64,000 bases of DNA from Cyanophora paradoxa CCMP329 (lineage: Eukaryota > Plantae > Glaucophyta): contig QPMI01000587.1 in NCBI GenBank assembly GCA_004431415.1, positions 1 to 64,000 on the forward strand, read 5' to 3'. This document shows, piece after piece, positions 1 to 13,000 of this stretch. The notes under the pieces are model-generated. The model saw nothing but the letters and a program-made list of their open reading frames with translations, did no database searches and was not told the origin of the DNA. Position 1 is the stretch's first letter; each line of letters opens with the position of its first letter. The position numbers were made by a program, and so were the translations under genes.

Positions 1-2210
1 AGGCAATCGCCTTGTGCATATTCCCCCGGAGAGATTTGAAGTGCATCTTTCTTCTATTTTGTGGCAGATCGGAAACCTGGGGCCTTTGACTGAGTGACTT
101 GCGGGTGGGAGGGTCATCTTCCTAAGGCTAGCGCCTTGTGCATATTCCCCCTTTGACTGACTGACTTGCTGGTGGGTGGGTCATCTTCCCAAGGCTAGCG
201 CCTTGTGCATATTCCCCCAGAGAGATTTGGGGTGCATTTTTCTCCTATTTTGTGGCAGATGAGAAACCTGCGGCCTCCTACTGGGTGACTTGCTGGTGGG
301 TGGGTCATCTTCCTAAGGCTAGCGCCTTGGGCATATTCCCCCAGAGAGATTTGGGGTGCATCTTTCTTCTTTTTTCTGGCAGATTCGAAACCTGGGACCT
401 TTGACTGAGTGACTTGCTGGTGGGTGGGTTCATCTGCCTAAGGCTAGCACCTTGTGCATATTCCCCCTTCGACTGACTGACTTGCTGGTGGGTGGGTCAT
501 CTTCCCAAGGCAATCGCCTTGTGCATATTCCCCCGGAGAGATTTGAAGTGCATCTTTCTTCTATTTTGTGGCAGATCAGAAACCTGGGGCCTTCGACTGA
601 GTGACTTGCTGGTGGGTGGGTCATCTTCCTAAGGCTAGCGCCTTGGGCATATTCCCCCAGAGGGATTTGGGGTGCATCTTTCTTTTTCTTCTGGCAGATC
701 GGAAACCTGGGGCCTTTGACTGAGTGACTTGTGGGTGGGAGGGTCATCTGCCTAGGCTAGCGCCTTGTGCATATTCCCCTTCGACTGACTGACTTGCTGG
801 TGGGTGGGTCATCTTCCCAAGGCTAGGGCCTTGTGCATATTCCCCCAGAGAGATTTGGGGTGCATCTTTCTTCTATTTTGTGGCAGATGAGAAACCTGCG
901 GCCTCCTACTGGGTGACTTGCTGGTGGGTGGGTCATCTTCCTAAGGCTAGCGCCTTGGGCATATTCCCCCAGAGAGATTTGGGGTGCATCTTTCTTCTTT
1001 TTTCTGGCAGATTCGAAACCTGGGACCTTTGACTGAGTGACTTGCGGGTGGGAGGGTCATCTGCCTAAGGCTAGCACCTTGTGCATATTCCCCCTTCGAC
1101 TGACTGACTTGCTGGTGGGTGGGTCATCTTCCAAGGCACTCGCCTTGTGCATATTCCCCCGGAGAGATTTGAAGTGCATCTTTCTTCTATTTTGTGGCAG
1201 ATCGGAAACCTGGGGCCTTCGACTGAGTGACTCGCTGGTGGTGGTCATCTTCCTAAGGCTAGCGCCTTGGCATATTCCCCAGAGAGATTTGGGGTGCATC
1301 TTTCTTTTCTCTGGCAGATCGGAAACCTGGGGCCTTTGACTGAGTGACTTGTGGGTGGGAGGGTCATCTGCCTAGGCTAGCGCCTTGTGCATATTCCCCC
1401 TTCGACTGACTGACTTGCTGGTGGGTGGGTCATCTTCCCAAGGCTAGGGCCTTGTGCATATTCCCCCAGAGAGATTTGGGGTGCATCTTTCTTCTATTTT
1501 GTGGCAGATGAGAAACCCCTGGCCTCCTACTGGGTGACTTGCTGGTGGGTGGGTCATCTTCCTATGGCTAGCGCCTTGTGCATATTCCCCCAGAGAGATT
1601 TGAAGTGCATCTTTCTTCTATTTTGTGGCAGATCAGAAACCTGGGGCCTTCGACTGAGTGACTTGCTGGTGGGTGGGTCATCTTCCTAAGGCTAGCGCCT
1701 TGGGCATATTCCCCCAGAGGGATTTGGGGTGCATCTTTCTTTTTCTTCTGGCAGATCGGAAACCTGGGGCCTTTGACTGAGTGACTTGTGGGTGGGAGGG
1801 TCATCTGCCTAGGCTAGCGCCTTGTGCATATTCCCCCTTCGACTGACTGACTTGCTGGTGGGTGGGTCATCTTCCCAAGGCTAGGGCCTTGTGCATATTC
1901 CCCAGAGAGATTTGGGGTGCATCTTTCTTCTATTTTGTGGCAGATGAGAAACCTGCGGCCTCCTACTGGGTGACTTGCTGGTGGGTGGGTCATCTTCCTA
2001 AGGCTAGCGCCTTGGGCATATTCCCCCAGAGAGATTTGGGGTGCATCTTTCTTCTTTTTTCTGGCAGATTCGAAACCTGGGACCTTTGACTGAGTGACTT
2101 GCTGGTTGGAAGAATCATCTGCCTTAGGCTAGCGCCTTGTGCATATTCCCCCAGAGAGATTTGGGGTGCATCTTTCTTCTATTTTGTGGCAGATGAGAAA
2201 CCTGCGGCCT
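1..2210 (+). repeat. Satellite A array, segment 1 (~123-bp long and ~67-bp short monomers)
   Basis: Continuous tandem copies of GGTCATCTTCCTAAGGCTAGCGCCTTGTGCATATTCCCCC...GACTGAGTGACTTGCTGGTGGGTG. The short monomer lacks the central AGAGAGATTT...GGGG segment. Confidence 0.97.
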
Positions 2211-4019
2211 TGTTGTGAAGCGTAGTGACTCTTCCCCTGTTCTCTCTTAGGATACCTACTTCTCCCCCTTCCCCTTGCTGTGTCTTGGTTGTAGTCAGTC
2301 TTGGGTTGTCCCATGAATAAATGATCGCATCTCTAATGTAGCCTAGCACACCTTGGGATGCAGCAGCTTATCGCAGCCACATTCATCCAGCTGCTTCATT
2401 TCAATTGGGGGCCGCCGCGGAACGATTCCCGTGCACGTGGTGATTTTGATCATTCCTTCAAACCGGTGTGCACAAAATTCAGCAAACTATTTTTTTCGTG
2501 CTAGGCTAGCATTGGAATGCTTTCCACTATATTTATGTCCTACGCTTCACATTCTGTTATCGGCCATCGTCTTTTTTTTCTACCACAGAGCGAGCAACGC
2601 TCTGGTTTCGCATGGATTACGCACCGCTACATCACGTTCTCATATTTGAAGCCGTAGTTCTCGTTCTGGCCCGACAAGCCCATGTCTCTGTTTTGACAGG
2701 GATGGTCCGTGCATTCGCACGTTGTTCTTCATACCAGTCGCTGGGGAAGTGCATTCGCACTTCGCGAAACTGGGAATATTTTCGAAAGGGCTGTCGCGTT
2801 TCACACGAGAAGGTTTGACGACATGTACTTGGAGACGTACGCACACTGCTGTGGCCTGCATTCGCAGGTGGTGCATTGGCACTTTTCATTCGCAGGTGGT
2901 GCATTGGCACTTTTCCCTTCGCAGTGGTTCCTACTAGATGTCTTTCGAGTGCCTGTTGTCTCTCTGCTTCCGAACGTAGATGTTCATTTCACAGGCCCCA
3001 CCAAAAAAAATCTTGTCTTGCAGCACAGTGTTACCTCTGTATGTAGTACTTGCAGCTCGAAGCTCCTCTTATTTCTTGGTGCATGTCGGAGATTTGTTTT
3101 TCCCAGGATGTTACAATCCCTGGATGATTTGTTTTCCTTGATTGCCAAAGCTGGAATCACAGGACAGTATTCTTGGTGCGAAAGGGTCACCACTGTTGGA
3201 CATGTACAAGGAATTGCCTACCTTCATCTGACTGCTGGACTTTGGACATGCAATGCTGCACAGTGAGCTACTGAAGAGTCAGCCACGCTCCCAGCACATC
3301 TTCCTCTTAGGTGCGCTCCCAGCATTTGCAGGAGACCAGAGGATTTACAAGATTGCTGGAAAGTGGCTCATCTGTTAAAAATGTTCTTGGAGTCTGGAGT
3401 TGGACGGAGCTGGTTAACCACTACACACTAGCGATTGGAGGAGTGAAAACCATTTGAATGGAGTAGTAGCAATGGTGAGGACAGGCTCTCTTTGCCACCT
3501 ACTTTGAGGATGAGTCACCATGGACAGTTTTTTTCCTGGACTAGGCCAAGAGTTGCCATGATTGATGTCACAGGCTCTGTCGCATGATGGGCATGCTGTT
3601 TTCTCACTCTGGAGTTGATTGTATGGTCAAAGGTTGTTTTGACAACAGGCCAGCTTTGGTTGTGCTTCTTCTCATTGCTGAGTGATGTCCTCTCATCTGA
3701 AGTCCACATGGTCAGTGCGAGTCAAGATATACAGAATATGGATGCATTTGCATCTTGGAGCATTGTTGCTGTTCTTCTATTATTATTGGGCCAGCGAGGA
3801 CGTGGCCATTTCTACCACAGAGCGATTGTTGTGAAGCGTAGTGACTCTTCCCCTGTTCTCTCTTAGGATGCCTAGTTCTCCCCCTTCCCCTTGCTGTGTC
3901 TTGGTTGTAGTCAGTCTTGGGTTGTCCCATGAATAAATGATCGCATCTCTAATGTAGCCTAGCACACCTCGGGATGCAGCAGCTTATCGCAGCCACATTC
4001 ATCCAGCTGCTTCATTTCA
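2211..4019 (+). mobile_element. Small non-autonomous or degenerate LTR retroelement inserted in satellite
   Basis: 193-bp direct repeats TG...CA at 2211-2403 and 3827-4019 (3 mismatches seen). GCCT duplicated at 2207-2210 and 4020-4023. PBS-like TGGGGGCCGCCGCGG follows the first LTR. No intact retroelement ORF inside. Confidence 0.92.
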
Positions 4020-7000
4020 GCCTCTGACTGGGTGACTTGCTGGTGGGTAGGTCATCTTCCTAAGGCTAGCGCCTTGGGCATATTCCCCCAGAAAGATTTG
4101 GGGTGCAGTTTTATTCTTTTTTCTGGCAGATTCGAAACTTGGGGCCTTTGACTGAGTGACTTGCGGGTGGGAGGGTCATCTGCCTAAGGCTAGCGCCTTG
4201 TGCATATTCCCCCTTTGACTGACTGACTTGCTGGTGGGTGGGTCATCTTCCCAAGGCTAGCGCCTTGTGCATATTCCCCCAGAGAGATTTGGGGTGCATT
4301 TTTCTCCTATTTTGTGGCAGATGAGAAACCTGCGGCCTCCTACTGGGTGACTTGCTGGTGGGTGGGTCATCTTCCTAAGGCTAGCGCCTTGGGCATATTC
4401 CCCCAGAGAGATTTGGGGTGCATCTTTCTTCTTTTTTCTGGCAGATTCGAAACCTGGGACCTTTGACTGAGTGACTTGCTGGTGGGTGGGTTCATCTGCC
4501 TAAGGCTAGCACCTTGTGCATATTCCCCTTCGACTGACTGACTTGCTGGTGGGTGGGTCATCTTCCCAAGGCAATCGCCTTGTGCATATTCCCCGGAGAG
4601 ATTTGAAGTGCATCTTTCTTCTATTTTGTGGCAGATCAGAAACCTGGGGCCTTCGACTGAGTGACTTGCTGGTGGGTGGGTCATCTTCCTAAGGCTAGCG
4701 CCTTGGGCATATTCCCCCAGAGGGATTTGGGGTGCATCTTTCTTTTTCTTCTGGCAGATCGGAAACCTGGGGCCTTTGACTGAGTGACTTGTGGGTGGGA
4801 GGGTCATCTGCCTAGGCTAGCTCCTTGTGCATATTCCCCCTTCGACTGACTGACTTGCTGGTGGGTGGGTCATCTTCCCAAGGCTAGGGCCTTGTGCATA
4901 TTCCCCCAGAGAGATTTGAAGTGCATCTTTCTTCTATTTTGTGGCAGATGAGAAACCTGCGGCCTCCTACTGGGTGACTTGCTGGTGGGTGGGTCATCTT
5001 CCTAAGGCTAGCGCCTTGGGCATATTCCCCCAGAGAGATTTGGGGTGCATCTTTCTTCTTTTTTCTGGCAGATTCGAAACCTGGGACCTTTGACTGAGTG
5101 ACTTGCGGGTGGGAGGGTCATCTGCCTAAGGCTAGCACCTTGTGCATATTCCCCCTTCGACTGACTGACTTGCTGGTGGGTGGGTCATCTTCCCAAGGCA
5201 ATCGCCTTGTGCATATTCCCCGGAGAGATTTGAAGTGCATCTTTCTTCTATTTTGTGGCAGATCGGAAACCTGGGGCCTTTGACTGAGTGACTTGCGGGT
5301 GGGAGGGTCATCTTCCTAAGGCTAGCGCCTTGTGCATATTCCCCCTTTGACTGACTGACTTGCTGGTGGGTGGGTCATCTTCCCAAGGCTAGCGCCTTGT
5401 GCATATTCCCCCAGAGAGATTTGGGGTGCATTTTTCTCCTATTTTGTGGCAGATGAGAAACCTGCGGCCTCCTACTGGGTGACTTGCTGGTGGGTGGGTC
5501 ATCTTCCTAAGGCTAGCGCCTTGGGCATATTCCCCCAGAGAGATTTGGGGTGCATCTTTCTTCTTTTTTCTGGCAGATTCGAAACCTGGGACCTTTGACT
5601 GAGTGACTTGCTGGTGGGTGGGTTCATCTGCCTAAGGCTAGCACCTTGTGCATATTCCCCCTTCGACTGACTGACTTGCTGGTGGGTGGGTCATCTTCCC
5701 AAGGCAATCGCCTTGTGCATATTCCCCCGGAGAGATTTGAAGTGCATCTTTCTTCTATTTTGTGGCAGATCAGAAACCTGGGGCCTTCGACTGAGTGACT
5801 TGCTGGTGGGTGGGTCATCTTCCTAAGGCTAGCGCCTTGGGCATATTCCCCCAGAGGGATTTGGGGTGCATCTTTCTTTTTCTTCTGGCAGATCGGAAAC
5901 CTGGGGCCTTTGACTGAGTGACTTGTGGGTGGGAGGGTCATCTGCCTAGGCTAGCGCCTTGTGCATATTTCCCCTTCGACCGACTGACTTGCTGGTGGGT
6001 GGGTCATCTTCCCAAGGCTAGGGCCTTGTGCATATTCCCCCAGAGAGATTTGGGGTGCATCTTTCTTCTATTTTGTGGCAGATGAGAAACCTGCGGCCTC
6101 CTACTGGGTGACTTGCTGGTGGGTGGGTCATCTTCCTAAGGCTAGCGCCTTGGGCATATTCCCCCAGAGAGATTTGGGGTGCATCTTTCTTCTTTTTTCT
6201 GGCAGATTCGAAACCTGGGACCTTTGACTGATTGACTTGCGGGTGGGAGGGTCATCTGCCTAAGGCTAGCACCTTGTGCATATTCCCCCTTCGACTGACT
6301 GACTTGCTGGTGGGTGGGTCATCTTCCCAAGGCAATCGCCTTGTGCATATTCCCCCGGAGAGATTTGAAGTGCATCTTTCTTCTATTTTGTGGCAGATCG
6401 GAAACCTGGGGCCTTCGACTGAGTGACTCGCTGGTGGGTGGGTCATCTTCCTAAGGCTAGCGCCTTGGGCATATTCCCCCAGAGAGATTTGGGGTGCATC
6501 TTTCTTTTTCTTCTGGCAGATCGGAAACCTGGGGCCTTTGACTGAGTGACTTGTGGGTGGGAGGGTCATCTGCCTAGGCTAGCGCCTTGTGCATATTCCC
6601 CCTTCGACTGACTGACTTGCTGGTGGGTGGGTCATCTTCCCAAGGCTAGGGCCTTGTGCATATTCCCCCAGAGAGATTTGGGGTGCATCTTTCTTCTATT
6701 TTGTGGCAGATGAGAAACCCCTGGCCTCCTACTGGGTGACTTGCTGGTGGGTGGGTCATCTTCCTATGGCTAGCGCCTTGTGCATATTCCCCCAGAGAGA
6801 TTTGGGGTGCGTCTTTCTTCTTTTTTGTGGCAGATGAGAAACCTGCGGCCTCTGACTGGGTGACTTGCTGGTGGGTGGGTCATCTTCCCAAGGCTAGCGC
6901 CTTGTGCATATTCCCCCAGAGAGATTTGAAGTGCATCTTTCTTCTATTTTGTGGCAGATCAGAAACCTGGGGCCTTCGACTGAGTGACTTGCTGGTGGGT

Positions 7001-10000
7001 GGGTCATCTTCCTAAGGCTAGCGCCTTGGGCATATTCCCCCAGAGGGATTTGGGGTGCATCTTTCTTTTTCTTCTGGCAGATCGGAAACCTGGGGCCTTT
7101 GACTGAGTGACTTGTGGGTGGGAGGGTCATCTGCCTAGGCTAGCGCCTTGTGCATATTCCCCCTTCGACTGACTGACTTGCTGGTGGGTGGGTCATCTTC
7201 CCAAGGCTAGGGCCTTGTGCATATTCCCCCAGAGAGATTTGGGGTGCATCTTTCTTCTATTTTGTGGCAGATGAGAAACCTGCGGCCTCCTACTGGGTGA
7301 CTTGCTGGTGGGTGGGTCATCTTCCTAAGGCTAGCGCCTTGGGCATATTCCCCCAGAGAGATTTGGGGTGCATCTTTCTTCTTTTTTCTGGCAGATTCGA
7401 AACCTGGGACCTTTGACTGAGTGACTTGCGGGTGGGAGGGTCATCTGCCTAAGGCTAGCACCTTGTGCATATTCCCCCTTCGACTGACTGACTTGCTGGT
7501 GGGTGGGTCATCTTCCCAAGGCAATCGCCTTGTGCATATTCCCCCGGAGAGATTTGAAGTGCATCTTTCTTCTATTTTGTGGCAGATCGGAAACCTGGGG
7601 CCTTTGACTGAGTGACTTGCGGGTGGGAGGGTCATCTTCCTAAGGCTAGCGCCTTGTGCATATTCCCCCTTTGACTGACTGACTTGCTGGTGGGTGGGTC
7701 ATCTTCCCAAGGCTAGCGCCTTGTGCATATTCCCCCAGAGAGATTTGGGGTGCATTTTTCTCCTATTTTGTGGCAGATGAGAAACCTGCGGCCTCCTACT
7801 GGGTGACTTGCTGGTGGGTGGGTCATCTTCCTAAGGCTAGCGCCTTGGGCATATTCCCCCAGAGAGATTTGGGGTGCATCTTTCTTCTTTTTTCTGGCAG
7901 ATTCGAAACCTGGGACCTTTGACTGAGTGACTTGCTGGTGGGTGGGTTCATCTGCCTAAGGCTAGCACCTTGTGCATATTCCCCCTTCGACTGACTGACT
8001 TGCTGGTGGGTGGGTCATCTTCCCAAGGCAATCGCCTTGTGCATATTCCCCCGGAGAGATTTGAAGTGCATCTTTCTTCTATTTTGTGGCAGATCAGAAA
8101 CCTGGGGCCTTCGACTGAGTGACTTGCTGGTGGGTGGGTCATCTTCCTAAGGCTAGCGCCTTGGGCATATTCCCCCAGAGAGATTTGGGGTGCATCTTTC
8201 TTCTTTTTCTGGCAGATTCGAAACCTGGGACCTTTGACTGAGTGACTTGCGGGTGGGAGGGTCATCTGCCTAAGGCTAGCACCTTGTGCATATTCCCCCT
8301 TCGACTGACTGACTTGCTGGTGGGTGGGTCATCTTCCCAAGGCAATCGCCTTGTGCATATTCCCCGGAGAGATTTGAAGTGCATCTTTCTTCTATTTTGT
8401 GGCAGATCGGAAACCTGGGGCCTTTGACTGAGTGACTTGCGGGTGGGAGGGTCATCTTCCTAAGGCTAGCGCCTTGTGCATATTCCCCCTTTGACTGACT
8501 GACTTGCTGGTGGGTGGGTCATCTTCCCAAGGCTAGCGCCTTGTGCATATTCCCCCAGAGAGATTTGGGGTGCATTTTTCTCCTATTTTGTGGCAGATGA
8601 GAAACCTGCGGCCTCCTACTGGGTGACTTGCTGGTGGGTGGGTCATCTTCCTAAGGCTAGCGCCTTGGGCATATTCCCCCAGAGAGATTTGGGGTGCATC
8701 TTTCTTCTTTTTTCTGGCAGATTCGAAACCTGGGACCTTTGACTGAGTGACTTGCTGGTGGGTGGGTTCATCTGCCTAAGGCTAGCACCTTGTGCATATT
8801 CCCCTTCGACTGACTGACTTGCTGGTGGGTGGGTCATCTTCCAAGGCAATCGCCTTGTGCATATTCCCCCGGAGAGATTTGAAGTGCATCTTTCTTCTAT
8901 TTTGTGGCAGATCAGAAACCTGGGGCCTTCGACTGAGTGACTTGCTGGTGGGTGGGTCATCTTCCTAAGGCTAGCGCCTTGGGCATATTCCCCCAGAGGG
9001 ATTTGGGGTGCATCTTTCTTTTTCTTCTGGCAGATCGGAAACCTGGGGCCTTTGACTGAGTGACTTGTGGGTGGGAGGGTCATCTGCCTAGGCTAGCGCC
9101 TTGTGCATATTCCCCCTTCGACTGACTGACTTGCTGGTGGGTGGGTCATCTTCCCAAGGCTAGGACCTTGTGCATATTCCCCCAGAGAGATTTGGGGTGC
9201 ATCTTTCTTCTATTTTGTGGCAGATGAGAAACCTGCGGCCTCCTACTGGGTGACTTGCTGGTGGGTGGGTCATCTTCCTAAGGCTAGCGCCTTGGGCATA
9301 TTCCCCCAGAGAGATTTGGGGTGCATCTTTCTTCTTTTTTCTGGCAGATTCGAAACCTGGGACCTTTGACTGAGTGACTTGCGGGTGGGAGGGTCATCTG
9401 CCTAAGGCTAGCACCTTGTGCATATTCCCCCTTCGACTGACTGACTTGCTGGTGGGTGGGTCATCTTCCCAAGGCAATCGCCTTGTGCATATTCCCCCGG
9501 AGAGATTTGGGGTGCATCTTTCTTCTATTTTGTGGCAGATCGGAAACCTGGGGCCTTCGACTGAGTGACTCGCTGGTGGGTGGGTCATCTTCCTAAGGCT
9601 AGCGCCTTGGGCATATTCCCCCAGAGAGATTTGGGGTGCATCTTTCTTTTTCTTCTGGCAGATCGGAAACCTGGGGCCTTTGACTGAGTGACTTGTGGGT
9701 GGGAGGGTCATCTGCCTAGGCTAGCGCCTTGTGCATATTCCCCCTTCGACTGACTGACTTGCTGGTGGGTGGGTCATCTTCCCAAGGCTAGGGCCTTGTG
9801 CATATTCCCCCAGAGAGATTTGGGGTGCATCTTTCTTCTATTTTGTGGCAGATGAGAAACCCCTGGCCTCCTACTGGGTGACTTGCTGGTGGGTGGGTCA
9901 TCTTCCTATGGCTAGCGCCTTGGGCATATTCCCCCAGAGAGATTTGGGGTGCATCTTTCTTTTTCTTCTGGCAGATCGGAAACCTGGGGCCTTTGACTGA

Positions 10001-13000
10001 GTGACTTGCGGGTGGGAGGGTCATCTTCCTAAGGCTAGCACCTTGTGCATATTCCCCCTTCAACTGACTGACTTGCTGGTGGGTGGGTCATCTTCCCAAG
10101 GCTAGCACCTTGTGCATATTCCCCCAGAGAGATTTGAAGTGCATCTTTCTTCTATTTTGTGGCAGATCGGAAACCTGGGGCCTTCGACTGAGTGACTTGC
10201 TGGTGGGTGGGTCATCTGCCTAAGGCTAGCGCCTTGTGCATATTCCCCCAGAGAGATTTGGGGTGCATCTTTCTTCTATTTTGTGGCAGATGAGAAACCT
10301 GCGGCCTCCGACTGGGTGACTTGCTGGTGGGTGGGTCATCTTCCTAAGGCTAGCGCCTTGTGCATATTCCCCCAGAGAGATTTGGGGTGCATCTTTCTTT
10401 TTCTTCTGGCAGTTCGGAAACCTGGGGCCTTTGACTGAGTGACTTGCGGGTGGGAGGGTCATCTGCCTAAGGCTAGCGCCTTGTGCATATTCCCCCTTCG
10501 ACTGACTGACTTGCTGGTGGGTGGGTCATCTTCCCAAGGCTAGCGCCTTGTGCATATTCCCCCAGAGAGATTTGGGGTGCATCTTTCTTCTATTTTGTGG
10601 CAGATGAGAAACCTGCGGCCTCTGACTGGGTGACTTGCTGGTGGGTGGGTCATCTTCCTAAGGCTAGCGCCTTGGGCATATTCCCCCAGAGAGATTTGGG
10701 GTGCATCTTTCTTTTTCTTCTGGCAGATCGGAAACCTGGGGCCTTTGACTGAGTGACTTGCGGGTGGGTGGGTCATCTTCCTAAGGCTAGCGCCTTGTGC
10801 ATATTCCCCTTCGACTGACTGACTTGCTGGTGGGTGGGTCATCTTCCCAAGGCAAGCGCCTTGTGCATATTCCCCCGGAGAGATTTGAAGTGCATCTTTC
10901 CTCTATTTTGTGGCAGATCGGAAACCTGGGGCCTTCGACTGAGTGACTTGCTGGTGGGTGGGTCATCTGCCTAAGGCTAGCGCCTTGTGCATATTCCCCC
11001 AGAGAGATTTGGGGTGCATCTTTCTTCTATTTTGTGGCAGATGAGAAACCTGCGGCCTCCGACTGGGTGACTTGCTGGTGGGTGGGTCATCTTCCTAAGG
11101 CTAGCGCCTTGGGCATATTCCCCCAGAGAGATTTGGGGTGCATCTTTCTTTTTCTTCTGGCAGATCGGAAACATGGGGCCTTTGACTGAGTGACTTGCGG
11201 GTGGGAGGGTCATCTGCCTAAGGCTAGCGCCTTGTGCATATTCCCCCTTCGACTGACTGACTTGCTGGTGGGTGGGTCATCTTCCCAAGGCAAGCGCCTT
11301 GTGCATATTCCCCCAGAGAGATTTGAAGTGCATCTTTCTTCTATTTTGTGGCAGATGAGAAACCTGCGGCCTCCGACTGGGTGATTTGCTGGTGGGTGGG
11401 TCATCTTCCTAAGGCTAGCGCCTTGGGCATATTCCCCCAGAGAGATTTGGGGTGCATCTTTCTTTTTCTTCTGGCAGTTCGGAAACCTGGGGCCTTTGAC
11501 TGAGTGACTTGCGGGTGGGAGGGTCATCTGCCTAAGGCTAGCGCCTTGTGCATATTCCCCCTTCGACTGACTGACTTGCTGGTGGGTGGGTCATCTTCCC
11601 AAGGCAATCGCCTTGTGCATATTCCCCCGGAGAGATTTGAAGTGCATCTTTCTTCTATTTTGTGGCAGATGAGAAACCTGCGGCCTCCGACTGGGTGATT
11701 TGCTGGTGGGTGGGTCATCTTCCTAAGGCTAGCGCCTTGGGCATATTCCCCCAGAGAGATTTGGGGTGCATCTTTCTTTTTCTTCTGGCAGTTCGGAAAC
11801 CTGGGGCCTTTGACTGAGTGACTTGCGGGTGGGAGGGTCATCTGCCTAAGGCTAGCGCCTTGTGCATATTCCCCCTTCGACTGACTGACTTGCTGGTGGG
11901 TGGGTCATCTTCCCAAGGCTAGCGCCTTGTGCATATTCCCCCAGAGAGATTTGGGGTGCATCTTTCTTCTATTTTGTGGCAGATGAGAAACCTGCGGCCT
12001 CTGACTGGGTGATTTGCTGGTGGGTGGGTCATCTTCCTAAGGCTAGCGCCTTGGGCATATTCCCCCAGAGAGATTTGGGGTGCATCTTTCTTTTTCTTCT
12101 GGCAGATCGGAAACCTGGGGCCTTTGACTGAGTGACTTGCGGGTGGGAGGGTCATCTTCCTAAGGCTAGCTCCTTGTGCATATTCCCCCTTCGACTGACT
12201 GACTTGCTGGTGGGTGGGTCATCTTCCCAAGGCAAGCGCCTTGTGCATATTCCCCCGGAGAGATTTGAAGTGCATCTTTCCTCTATTTTGTGGCAGATCG
12301 GAAACCTGGGGCCTTCGACTGAGTGACTTGCTGGTGGGTGGGTCATCTGCCTAAGGCTAGCGCCTTGTGCATATTCCCCCAGAGAGATTTGGGGTGCATC
12401 TTTCTTCTATTTTGTGGCAGATGAGAAACCTGCGGCCTCCGACTGGGTGACTTGCTGGTGGGTGGGTCATCTTCCTAAGGCTAGCGCCTTGGGCATATTC
12501 CCCCAGAGAGATTTGGGGTGCATCTTTCTTTTTCTTCTGGCAGATCGGAAACATGGGGCCTTTGACTGAGTGACTTGCGGGTGGGAGGGTCATCTGCCTA
12601 AGGCTAGCGCCTTGTGCATATTCCCCCTTCGACTGACTGACTTGCTGGTGGGTGGGTCATCTTCCCAAGGCAAGCGCCTTGTGCATATTCCCCCAGAGAG
12701 ATTTGAAGTGCATCTTTCTTCTATTTTGTGGCAGATGAGAAACCTGCGGCCTCCCACTTAGTGATTTGCTGGTGGGTGGGTCATCTTCCTAAGGCTAGCG
12801 CCTTGGGCATATTCCCCCAGAGAGATTTGGGGTGCATCTTTCTTTTTCTTCTGGCAGATCGGAAACCTGGGGCCTTTGACTGAGTGACTTGCGGGTGGGA
12901 GGGTCATCTTCCTAAGGCTAGCACCTTGTGCATATTCCCCCTTCGACTGACTGACTTGCTGGTGGGTGGGTCATCTTCCCAAGGCAAGCGCCTTGTGCAT

